Source of the DNA: Minisyncoccota bacterium
Lineage (GTDB): Bacteria > Patescibacteriota > Minisyncoccia > Phycocordibacterales > JABAAK01
Assembly (NCBI GenBank): GCA_965222235.1
Contig: OZ244939.1
Location: 493,942 to 557,941 of the forward strand
Length of the DNA: 64,000 nucleotides
Direction: 5' to 3'
A program made the position numbers and the translations under genes. The stretch's first letter is position 1. Every line of letters starts with the position of its first letter. Positions 37,294 through 46,269 of this stretch are shown piece by piece. The notes under the pieces are model-generated. The model was not told where the DNA came from and did no database searches. It saw only the letters and a program-made list of their open reading frames with translations.

Positions 37294-38565
37294 ATGAACA
37301 AAATAATTCTAATAATTTTGCCGTTTGCGTTACTGATCATTACAGCGGTATGGTTCAACATCAGGATAAGTAGTGAGCGCGACGGAATTGAACAAACAAT
37401 ACAAGAACTGCCAGATCCGCATGAAGCACACTCAGTATCGTATCTGACAAACAACGGTATTGCACTGTTCGGCTCTCTACGACATACACACAGCGGAACA
37501 ACAGATAATCCTGAGGAGGAAGACGGGCATGATGATGAAAATGATGAAGACGACGATGCCATCTCAGAGATATTCCTCTTCTCGCCAGATAACATCCTGC
37601 TTGATTCATTACGGGACGAAACCAACACCGGAATGGGACGAAGTGTTATTGGGTTTGATGATACGCTTCTTATTTCATTCCCGGAAGCGAATGATCGTTC
37701 CGGTTTTATCGGAGTATACCGGATTACCGATGAAAAACTGAAGAAAGTCGGTGAAATCAAATCATCTGATGACGGTAATGAACTTGACTTCGGCGGATCA
37801 ATGGATATAGCCGGAACCCTGTTATTCGTTGGTGCTGATGACAGGTCGGTTAACGGCAAGGAGGAGGTTGGCGGCGTGTATATCATAGACTTGAAAAGTG
37901 GGAGGGAGGTATCGGCGTTCAGTCCGATTGTCAGTGAAGAACATGAATTCGGAGCGAAAGTATTTGCACATGCGGATACCAAAACATTGTTTGTTGCCTC
38001 CGAGGGTGTTATCAGTTCCGCAATCGGAGGCGGATCTGTGGATGTCTTTTCATACTCGGATGCCGGTGAATTGACACATCTGCAACACATTGCTCGTCCT
38101 GACAATTTTGCAGGTTTGTTTGGTCACTCACTGACGCACACGGATGACTACCTGCTCATAGGGTCTATTTCAGAGCTGGAGAACGAAGACCGGCGGATGT
38201 CAGGAACACGCGGCAGAGTGTATGTGTATAGGCGTAACGGAGATATGTACCGGTATGTCAGCCATACGGAGGGCACGGAACATTCTAACTTCGGCTTTGC
38301 GATGAAATATGATAATGATACAGATGAGATTCTCATTTCGTCACCGACAATGAACACGATAGGGGTCTATGAAATCACCCGGGACACACTGCAACTCAAA
38401 TACGAAATCATCCATGAAGCAACATTTTTTGGTCATTCCTTTGATATCAGTGGTGGGCGACTGGCATCCACTGCACTGGGCACCGAGATTGGTGACGAGA
38501 AGTTCGTCTTCTGCAGGAAGAATGGTGCTGGGAAATACACCAACTGTGTGGTGAACGGTAAATGA
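37294..38565 (+). CDS. membrane-anchored FG-GAP beta-propeller protein (paralog P1)
   Basis: ATG start, N-terminal TM anchor and an acidic tract EEEDGHDDENDEDDD. Repeated FG-x-x motifs (FGGSMDIAG, FGAKVFAH, FGHSLTHTDDYLLIGS, FGFAMKYD, FGHSFDISGGRLAS) are typical of FG-GAP/integrin-alpha-like propellers. About 70% identical to 44111..45388. Confidence 0.6.
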   Translation: MNKIILIILPFALLIITAVWFNIRISSERDGIEQTIQELPDPHEAHSVSYLTNNGIALFGSLRHTHSGTTDNPEEEDGHDDENDEDDDAISEIFLFSPDNILLDSLRDETNTGMGRSVIGFDDTLLISFPEANDRSGFIGVYRITDEKLKKVGEIKSSDDGNELDFGGSMDIAGTLLFVGADDRSVNGKEEVGGVYIIDLKSGREVSAFSPIVSEEHEFGAKVFAHADTKTLFVASEGVISSAIGGGSVDVFSYSDAGELTHLQHIARPDNFAGLFGHSLTHTDDYLLIGSISELENEDRRMSGTRGRVYVYRRNGDMYRYVSHTEGTEHSNFGFAMKYDNDTDEILISSPTMNTIGVYEITRDTLQLKYEIIHEATFFGHSFDISGGRLASTALGTEIGDEKFVFCRKNGAGKYTNCVVNGK

Positions 38566-38569
38566 CATA

Positions 38570-39682
38570 TCATCTCCTCACACATCCTATCTGATATCGA
38601 TACGCATTACCACGGCACCTCCAGTTATCGCTCCCCCAGATTCCGCCGGAGTGATCATGTTCATAACAGGTTTCAACAGCCCTATCTCTCCATCCATGAC
38701 CGCCGCTGTTGGAAGAATCATTATCCTTACACCCCGGACGACCGTCACAGAATACTGAGTAAGTTGCTGACCAATCCCTATATTGTGTCCAGCCGGAAGG
38801 ACAGTTGAGACTTTTCGGGGCTCGTGAATCGGCGGTACATATAGAAACATTACCGCATGTTTGAGGTGCTTGATGCCTTCTGCAACATCGATCACCCTTA
38901 TCGCAATTGTACCACTCTAAACAAGTTCCTGCACCACAGTCCTTACCGGTACAGGGGCGACACGCATATCTGGAACTAGAACGAGTGGCGTTATTACACT
39001 GACCGGAATAATGTCCTGTCGCCAATCTGCCACTCGGCGTTGGGTTGGAAAACTTACATATCTTACAACTCCCTGTATTATACAGAGATCCCCCGGCCGC
39101 CGCACACTCCGCCTCCCTACCATTGTTACCGCATAGATACTTTATATCACATGCCCCCGTCGTCTTGGTACCCGTTTTGGATCTGGATTGGCTTGTGGAT
39201 TTTGAGGCCGGACAGCCCGTGCAGGAGCGTGTCCGTGTCTGGGTAAAGCTGACACCTTTACACTTTGTTGATGTCGCCGGTGTCCAGGATGTCCAGGCGC
39301 CGCAGGAGCAGGTGGAGCTGCAGCTCGTATCACTCACACTCCAGCTCCCGGTATCACACGAAAAAGTCGCCGAACCGGTATAGTAGCTTTTATCATTGGT
39401 CGCACTGAATGAGGAGCCGTGAGATTTCAGGGATACATAATCACTGCAGTTGGTGGACCAGGTCTGTCTTCCTCCGGTACATCTGCAGCCGACCGCGGAG
39501 GCAGACTTGGTGCCGGTTGTGGATCTGGATTTTGGTGTACTTGACGGACAACCCGTGCAGGTGCGTGTCTGGGTAAGGGAGTTCCCGGAGCACGCTGTTG
39601 ATCTCGCCGGTGTCCAGGAGCCGCAGGAGCAGGTGGGCGGCGCGACATATCTCTCACAGTTCTCGTCGGTATATGTCAGCAC
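38570..39682 (-). CDS. 5'-truncated paralog (copy C) of the Cys-rich repeat protein with a third distinct C-terminal Cys-rich domain
   Basis: The track start at 39682 is GTG inside the family sequence (VLTYTDENCERYVAPPT). Nucleotide homology to A begins abruptly at ...cctgttctata| (A coordinate ~34965). Contains one 107-aa repeat, a variant unit and a ~190-aa unique Cys-rich tail. Confidence 0.55.
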   Translation of the reverse strand: MLTYTDENCERYVAPPTCSCGSWTPARSTACSGNSLTQTRTCTGCPSSTPKSRSTTGTKSASAVGCRCTGGRQTWSTNCSDYVSLKSHGSSFSATNDKSYYTGSATFSCDTGSWSVSDTSCSSTCSCGAWTSWTPATSTKCKGVSFTQTRTRSCTGCPASKSTSQSRSKTGTKTTGACDIKYLCGNNGREAECAAAGGSLYNTGSCKICKFSNPTPSGRLATGHYSGQCNNATRSSSRYACRPCTGKDCGAGTCLEWYNCDKGDRCCRRHQAPQTCGNVSICTADSRAPKSLNCPSGWTQYRDWSATYSVFCDGRPGCKDNDSSNSGGHGWRDRAVETCYEHDHSGGIWGSDNWRCRGNAYRYQIGCVRR

Positions 39683-39926
39683 CGTGCTGCTGCAGCTGTA
39701 GGAGACGGATCCCCGGGAGCCGCCACTGGTGTCTTCAAAGGTGCCCGAGCTGCCGTGTGCGACTTTGGTATAGTTCGGGGGGTAGCAGGTACGGCTTCCC
39801 TCTGTCCATGAGGTGGGGGTGCATGTGCAGGTTTTGGTGCCGGAGACCTCCTCCTGTTCTATATCTATAATGACTATTGCTGTGGATTCATCATGTCAGT
39901 TCATTCTATTTTGAATATGTAAAAGA

Positions 39927-39952
39927 AGAGAGCCCCCGCGTATGCGGGGGCT
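39927..39952 (-). terminator. rho-independent terminator of the subtilase gene
   Basis: agagcccccgcg-ta-tgcgggggctct is a perfect 12-bp GC-rich stem, followed on the minus strand by ttcttttac. It lies 20 nt past the subtilase stop. Confidence 0.6.
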
Positions 39953-39972
39953 CTGAAAGAGCGAGGAGCAGG

Positions 39973-41595
39973 TCAGAAACGGAGACGATATGCTGCATGG
40001 AAGTCGCTGGTGTCGCCGGCGCTGAACTGGCTGTGGTTGGCCATGATCTCGAGAGATTCATGCTCACCCAGGTTGTAGGTCGCGGCGATGCCGGCGCGGC
40101 GGTTCCATCCGTCGCTTCCCTTGATGTCAACATCTCCGAAGACGGTGTCCGCGGAGCCGCCGAGGAACTTGCTGAGGTCCCCCGACAGATTGACTGAGAA
40201 GTTGCCGTCGGTGTACACATCGTACTGCCCGCTGAATCCGAGTGCCCGACCCCGTGCCTTGTGGATGAGGTCGGTCGGATCAGATTGCTGCCAGGTCATC
40301 CTGACGAACAGATTCTGATGCCCGAAGTCGGCATCAAAGGACATCGCTCCGCGATACCCGAACTCACGTCCGAGACCGAAGAACTCGTTCCGGCTCCCGT
40401 ATGCCACGCGACCGAAGAGGTCGTTTGCCATGGCATATCCGACACCGGCGACATATTCGTCGTCATTGCCGGCAACAATCGGGAACAGTCCGACCGCCTT
40501 TCCGTTTTCCAGAATCGGCACACCCGGGGTGAACTGGAACAGTCCAAGAGATGTGTGGCTCAGGGTGACCTCGCGGGCATGACCGCTGTTTGCATGGGTG
40601 AATGTCCCGGAGATGCTTGCTTTCCCAGGGAATGTCATAGCCCGCATGTGCGCGGGGGTAACACTGCCGATGACACTGTCCACGCCGACCACCTGCCAGC
40701 GACCGTCACGCATGACGGTCATGCAGGTGAAGTCTGCCCGACCGAGACCTTCCAGGGCCGATTCCCTGATCGCGCAGGCTTTCGCCAGCTTGATCAGGTT
40801 GTTCCGGGAGGTGTCCGGAAACACCATCAAGACGGATCCCAGAGCAGCCGCGACCTGCGGTACGGATACCGAGGTGCCGGGAAGCACCGCGTCACCCAAC
40901 TCAAACCTGAACGGTGCATAGATGCACTGGTCACCAACACCCTCGCAGCTCACCGAATACGGGTCGCGAACAACCCGACCGTTCTCCACCGCGTATCCGG
41001 CGACGAACAGAACCCTGTCCTCCCGGATTGCGGCAAGAATGTCCGGATCGGTTATGTTCTTGAGATCAACCTCGGAATTGGGATCAATGCCGTTCTGTCC
41101 GTTGCCCGTTCCCTGGATGAGCGCAAACGGTGTTTGCTGACGATGCAGTTCTTGAAGTGCACCCCTGTCGACAGCAAATGAGCCCGAAACGATCTTGGTG
41201 GTGGACGGGATGACATCGGCGTAGACTCCTGCTGGGCCGCCGTGACCTGCGGTAAGGCTGGAATCGATGACGGTGAAAGGCTCGCCGTCGCCACAGCCGA
41301 CGATGAATGCCTTGCAGGAAATCTGTGCCATCTGGCTCGCATGACCGTTCGGGTCGTCCCGATCGGATGCAAACTCAAGGATGGTGTACATCCCCGCCAC
41401 CTCAGCAACGGTTGCCTTCAGTTCGCTCCGCGGGATGCGACCGATGCCGGGAAGTGGACCTGTACCGACGGCCGGTACTTCTGGACCCGGCGGCACTGGC
41501 GGTTTCACGGGCGGTGGATCGGTTCTGGTATTGCCACCACCACCACAACCAGCAAGGAAGAGCAGCATGAGTGCTGCGGAAAGGTATTGTTTCAC
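39973..41595 (-). CDS. subtilisin-like (S8) serine protease lipoprotein with C-terminal beta-rich domain
   Basis: Lipoprotein signal with lipobox (V/M)KQYLSAALMLLFLAGC. The start is probably GTG at 41595, preceded by a gagagga Shine-Dalgarno; the track's TTG start is at 41625. S8-like motifs: Asp region TVIDSS, His region AGHGG, oxyanion region VAGYAVENG and Ser motif GTSVSVPQVAAALGSV. A C-terminal ~170-aa domain of alternating hydrophobic residues ends in ...YRLRF. Confidence 0.55.
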   Translation of the reverse strand: MKQYLSAALMLLFLAGCGGGGNTRTDPPPVKPPVPPGPEVPAVGTGPLPGIGRIPRSELKATVAEVAGMYTILEFASDRDDPNGHASQMAQISCKAFIVGCGDGEPFTVIDSSLTAGHGGPAGVYADVIPSTTKIVSGSFAVDRGALQELHRQQTPFALIQGTGNGQNGIDPNSEVDLKNITDPDILAAIREDRVLFVAGYAVENGRVVRDPYSVSCEGVGDQCIYAPFRFELGDAVLPGTSVSVPQVAAALGSVLMVFPDTSRNNLIKLAKACAIRESALEGLGRADFTCMTVMRDGRWQVVGVDSVIGSVTPAHMRAMTFPGKASISGTFTHANSGHAREVTLSHTSLGLFQFTPGVPILENGKAVGLFPIVAGNDDEYVAGVGYAMANDLFGRVAYGSRNEFFGLGREFGYRGAMSFDADFGHQNLFVRMTWQQSDPTDLIHKARGRALGFSGQYDVYTDGNFSVNLSGDLSKFLGGSADTVFGDVDIKGSDGWNRRAGIAATYNLGEHESLEIMANHSQFSAGDTSDFHAAYRLRF

Positions 41596-41831
41596 GTCGG
41601 TTTCCTCTCGTGTGTGAATGGACAAGTATGATTTACTCTAATGCCTATTTTACCACACTATCTATTTATATACAATTTTTGTGGATTTTGCCCTGAAACC
41701 TTTTAGATACAAAGGCTATCTGTCCGTGCTGTGATGTGTCGCAGAAATCGTTTCCCAAACGGACACTGTGTCTAGAATTCTTCTCTCTTGTATGTATTCT
41801 GATTGCCGCATCCTCCACCAATGTGGCAATG

Positions 41832-44067
41832 ATGGACAGAGGGAAGCCGTACCTGCTACCCCCCGAACTATACCAAAGTCGCACACGGCAGCTCGGGCAC
41901 CTTTGAAGACACCAGTGGCGGCTCCCGGGGATCCGTCTCCTACAGCTGCAGCAGCACGGTGCTTGAATACAGCAATGTTGACTGCCACACCGCTACCAAA
42001 GCCTGCCCCCCGACAAGACGGACCTGGCTCAATACCTGCAGTGGTATTAGTCCGGCACGGGCTCACAACAGCAGTGTTGAAGTGACCAATGATCAGTCAG
42101 GTTACACCGGCGAAGCTGTCTTTTCGTGTGATAACGGGAGCTGGAGTGTGAGTGATACGAGCTGCAGCTCCACCTGCTCCTGCGGCTCCTGGACACCGGC
42201 GAGATCAACAGCGTGCTCCGGGAACTCCCTTACCCAGACACGCACCTGCACGGGCTGTCCGTCAAGTACACCAAAATCCAGATCCACAACCGGCACCAAG
42301 TCTGCCTCCGCGGTCGGCTGCAGATGTACCGGAGGAAGACAGACCTGGTCCACCAACTGCAGTGATTATGTATCCCTGAAATCTCACGGCTCCTCATTCA
42401 GTGCGACCAATGATAAAAGCTACTATACCGGTTCGGCGACTTTTTCGTGTGATACCGGGAGCTGGAGTGTGAGTGATACGAGCTGCAGCTCCACCTGCTC
42501 CTGCGGCTCCTGGACACCGGCGAGATCAACAGCGTGCTCCGGGAACTCCCTTACCCAGACACGCACCTGCACGGGCTGTCCGTCAAGTACACCAAAATCC
42601 AGATCCACAACCGGCACCAAGTCTGCCTCCGCGGTCGGCTGCAGATGTACCGGAGGAAGACAGACCTGGTCCACCAACTGCAGTGATTATGTATCCCTGA
42701 AATCTCACGGCTCCTCATTCAGTGCGACCAATGATAAAAGCTACTATACCGGTTCGGCGACTTTTTCGTGTGATACCGGGAGCTGGAGTGTGAGTGATAC
42801 GAGCTGCAGCTCCACCTGCTCCTGCGGCTCCTGGACACCGGCGAGATCAACAGCGTGCTCCGGGAACTCCCTTACCCAGACACGCACCTGCACGGGCTGT
42901 CCGTCAAGTACACCAAAATCCAGATCCACAACCGGCACCAAGTCTGCCTCCGCGGTCGGCTGCAGATGTACCGGAGGAAGACAGACCTGGTCCACCAACT
43001 GCAGTGATTATGTATCCCTGAAATCTCACGGCTCCTCATTCAGTGCGACCAATGATAAAAGCTACTATACCGGTTCGGCGACTTTTTCGTGTGATACCGG
43101 GAGCTGGAGTGTGAGTGATACGAGCTGCAGCTCCACCTGCTCCTGCGGCTCCTGGACACCGGCGAGATCAACAGCGTGCTCCGGGAACTCCCTTACCCAG
43201 ACACGCACCTGCACGGGCTGTCCGTCAAGTACACCAAAATCCAGATCCACAACCGGCACCAAGTCTGCCTCCGCGGTCGGCTGCAGATGTACCGGAGGAA
43301 GACAGACCTGGTCCACCAACTGCAGTGATTATGTATCCCTGAAATCTCACGGCTCCTCATTCAGTGCGACCAATGATAAAAGCTACTATACCGGTTCGGC
43401 GACTTTTTCGTGTGATACCGGGAGCTGGAGTGTGAGTGATACGAGCTGCAGCTCCACCTGCTCCTGCGGCTCCTGGACATCCTGGACACCGGCGACATCA
43501 ACAGAGTGTAAAGGTGTCAGCTTTACCCAGACACGGACACGCTCCTGCACGGGCTGTTCGTCCTCAAAATCCACAAGCCAATCCAGATCCAAAACGGGTA
43601 CCAAGACGACGGGGGCATGTAGTATAATTGGTCGGTGTGGTACAACCCGAGACAGATGCAAGAGTGGTTGGAGTGCGGTACAGACAACCCAACATGACAC
43701 CTCCACCCATGAGAAATGGAGGTGTCAAGGTCCGGCTTCAGCGGGGAGGCGGCTCACTAGTTTGTGTAGTGTGATAACTGGAGTCAGGCCCAGTTGTGGT
43801 CCTTCAACTACATATAACATTGCCAGACCATATCAATGCATTCGATGGGGTACTTGTACACAGGGTAAATCTGGTGAAAGTGTGAGCTGTTGCAAGCAAT
43901 ATAGAGGCGGGCTGGGTAGTAGCGCAACTTCTTTGTGCTCAAGTGGTGTTGGATCGGGTTGGAGAAAAAAACCCGGTGATACTACTTGTAAATGGGTTTG
44001 GGAATGTAGAGGAACTGGAGCTTACAGCAGTGAAGTTAGAGTTTGCGGGAGGAGAAAGAAAGATTAG
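41832..44067 (+). CDS. 5'-truncated paralog (copy D) of the Cys-rich repeat protein with four perfect 107-aa repeats and a fourth distinct C-terminal tail
   Basis: Nucleotide homology to A/B starts at 41832 immediately after an in-frame TGA. The track 'M' at 41959 is GTG; there is no ATG or signal peptide. Four identical 321-bp units (ORF periodicity 42102/42423/42744/43065) are followed by a variant unit and a unique tail (...CIRWGTCTQGKSGESVSCCKQYRGG...). Confidence 0.6.
42150..43440 (+). repeat. perfect 321-bp tandem repeat array (4 units) inside copy D
   Basis: The same translations recur every 321 bp on both strands in the track, and are identical to the units in copies A, B and C. Confidence 0.85.
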
Positions 44068-44110
44068 GATGATTCCGATTATTATTTATATTAATTAAAG
44101 TAAAAAACAT

Positions 44111-45388
44111 ATGACTAAAAAGAAAATAATTATCACCGTATTATCACTCGCATTGATTACCTTTGCAATGTTTGTCCTTATGGCAAACAACCGGACATCC
44201 GACACAGATATAATATATGGTCTGCCGAATCCACATGATGCACACTCGGTTTCGCACCTAACAGACGGTGGTGTTGCGCTACTCGGCTCTCTTCGACATT
44301 TGCATGAAGAGACATATTCAGAGGAGGATGAGTACGGGCACGAAAATGAAGAAGAGGAGGATGAAGAGGAAGATGACAATACCGTATCAGAAGTATTTCT
44401 CTTCTCGTCTGAAGGAATTTTACTTGATTCACTGAAAGATGAGACTAACACAGGAATGGGACGAAGTGTCGTCGGGTTTGACAATACAATCCTCATCTCA
44501 TTCCCGGAAGCGAATGATCGTTCCGGTTTTATCGGAATATACCGAGTTAGCAGCGGGAAACTTGAAAAAACTGGTGAGATCAGACCGTCTGAGGATGGTA
44601 ATGAACTTGACTTCGGTGGATCAATGGATATAGCAGGCGATCTGTTGTTCATCGGAGCTGATGACAGATCAGTTGGCGACAGAGAAGAGGTGGGCGGCGT
44701 GTATGTCTTAGATCTGAATAGCGGGAGGGAGTTGTCAATTTTCAGTCCGGATGCCGTTGAAGAGCATGAATTCGGGGCAAAAGTACTCGCGCATGAGGAT
44801 ACCGGGACATTGATTGTTGCCTCAGAAGGCATCGTTAGCGCGGTAGGCGGAGGCGGGTCTGTGGATATTTTCTCATATTCAGATGCCGGGACACTGACTT
44901 ATCTGCAGCATATTCCTCACCCCGACAACTTCGCCGGCTTGTTTGCCCATTCATTAGTACATACAGATGACCATTTGCTTATAGGATCTGTTTCAGACTT
45001 GGAGAATGTTGAGAATGAGCAATTGTCAGGAACGCACGGCAGGGTGTATATGTATAAACGAAACGGGGATTTGTACAAGTATGTCGGCTACACGCAGGGC
45101 ACAAAACACTCAGGATTTGGGTTTGAAATGAAATATGACAATGAAACAGACGAGGTTCTTATTTCTTCGCCGGCGATACACACAATAGGGGTGTATACAA
45201 TCGTACAAGATGCCCTGCGACACCAATACAACATCACCGCCAACGCAATATTCTTCGGTCATTCTTTTGATATAGAAGGCGATCGACTGGCATCCACTGC
45301 ACTGGGTATTGAGATTGGTGACGAAAAGTTCGTCTTCTGTGAAAAAACCATTACCGGTCGGTACGGCAATTGTACGGAGAAGAAATAG
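44111..45388 (+). CDS. membrane-anchored FG-GAP beta-propeller protein (paralog P2)
   Basis: ATG start, TM anchor, an acidic tract EEDEYGHENEEEEDEEEDD and the same FG-GAP-like repeat pattern as P1. Lies immediately downstream of copy D, as P1 lies downstream of copy B. Confidence 0.6.
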   Translation: MTKKKIIITVLSLALITFAMFVLMANNRTSDTDIIYGLPNPHDAHSVSHLTDGGVALLGSLRHLHEETYSEEDEYGHENEEEEDEEEDDNTVSEVFLFSSEGILLDSLKDETNTGMGRSVVGFDNTILISFPEANDRSGFIGIYRVSSGKLEKTGEIRPSEDGNELDFGGSMDIAGDLLFIGADDRSVGDREEVGGVYVLDLNSGRELSIFSPDAVEEHEFGAKVLAHEDTGTLIVASEGIVSAVGGGGSVDIFSYSDAGTLTYLQHIPHPDNFAGLFAHSLVHTDDHLLIGSVSDLENVENEQLSGTHGRVYMYKRNGDLYKYVGYTQGTKHSGFGFEMKYDNETDEVLISSPAIHTIGVYTIVQDALRHQYNITANAIFFGHSFDIEGDRLASTALGIEIGDEKFVFCEKTITGRYGNCTEKK

Positions 45389-45394
45389 TATTCG

Positions 45395-46156
45395 GTGTGC
45401 AGATCGGGCAGTACATATGATATACTTCACAGATATATGGAACCGCTTGATGTACTGGCATTCGGTCCGCACCCGGACGATGTTGAATTCGGCTGTGGCG
45501 GATATGTCATAAAGGCGGTGAAAGAAGGGAAGAGGGTCGGCATCATTGACCTGACGCAGGGTGAAATGGGCACGAACGGCACGCCCGAAGAGCGGCAGAA
45601 AGAGGCACAGGAAGCGGCGCGCATTATGGGCGTGACGGTACGGGAGAATCTGATGCTCCCGAACGGCCGCCTGTACAACTCGCCGGAGGTGCAGAAAACA
45701 ATCATCACCGCAATCCGCACCCATCGCCCCGGCACGATACTGATCCCGTACGACTATGACCGCCATCCGGATCACGAGAACGCCTCCCGCCTCGTTCGCG
45801 AGGCGGTCTTCACCACGGGGCTCGTGAAATACAGAACGGGAGACCTGCCGCCTCACCGCCCGACACATTTCCTCTACTATTCCCTCTGGATTGAATTTGA
45901 TCCGTCGTTCATTCTGAACATCACGGATGAATATGACACAAAAATCAGGGCTCTCATGGCGCACGAATCACAGTTCACCGCAAGGGAGGGAAGCATCGCG
46001 ACCGTTGACACGGGCGACGAGGTGAAGAAATTCTGGGAAGCCCGGGCCAGGCACTGCGGATTCATGGCGGGCGTGACCTTCGGCGAACCGTACAGGAGCG
46101 TCTACTTCCCGATTGCGCTTGACAAAACAGATGCAATGTTGCCTAACTTGTTTTAA
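45395..46156 (+). CDS. PIG-L/LmbE-family N-acetylglucosaminyl deacetylase (BshB/MshB-like)
   Basis: LAFGPHPDDVEFGCGG matches the AHPDDE zinc-binding motif, and conserved HPDH is present later. The true start is probably the in-frame Met at 45437 (MEPLDVLAF). Confidence 0.65.
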   Translation: MCRSGSTYDILHRYMEPLDVLAFGPHPDDVEFGCGGYVIKAVKEGKRVGIIDLTQGEMGTNGTPEERQKEAQEAARIMGVTVRENLMLPNGRLYNSPEVQKTIITAIRTHRPGTILIPYDYDRHPDHENASRLVREAVFTTGLVKYRTGDLPPHRPTHFLYYSLWIEFDPSFILNITDEYDTKIRALMAHESQFTAREGSIATVDTGDEVKKFWEARARHCGFMAGVTFGEPYRSVYFPIALDKTDAMLPNLF

Positions 46157-46269
46157 CCGTAAAAACAGGCAGAAAAATTGATTTTATACAAAATATATGG
46201 TATATTCTGGTTGGATGTACACACGTTGACATATCCCCACCTTTTCCACACAACACACGGAGAAGTTCC

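Noticed and set aside
37281-38105. Minus-strand Ser-rich ORFs antisense to the FG-GAP genes (37281..38105, 44095..44832)
   Set aside because: They are antisense to ATG-initiated, paralog-conserved + strand genes (P1 and P2); the composition is low-complexity.
35708-44067. Treating the track 'M' starts of copies B (35708), C (39682) and D (41959) as genuine initiation codons
   Set aside because: The codons are TTG, GTG and GTG lying inside conserved family sequence (SSLCEKSH, SSTVLTYTD, SSTVLEYSN). The track evidently translates alternative starts as M. None has an upstream ATG, signal peptide or RBS, so these look like truncated cassettes rather than independently translated genes.
32602-45388. 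Diversity-generating retroelement (DGR) as the explanation for the variable Cys-rich locus
   Set aside because: No reverse transcriptase ORF is present in the window. Repeat copies are essentially identical rather than differing specifically at adenine positions. No TR/VR pair with A-to-N mismatches is visible.
46225-46260. TTGACA hexamer upstream of the 46270 gene as a promoter
   Set aside because: No acceptable -10 hexamer lies at a 16-18 nt spacing (tatccccaccttttcca then cacaac); left unannotated.
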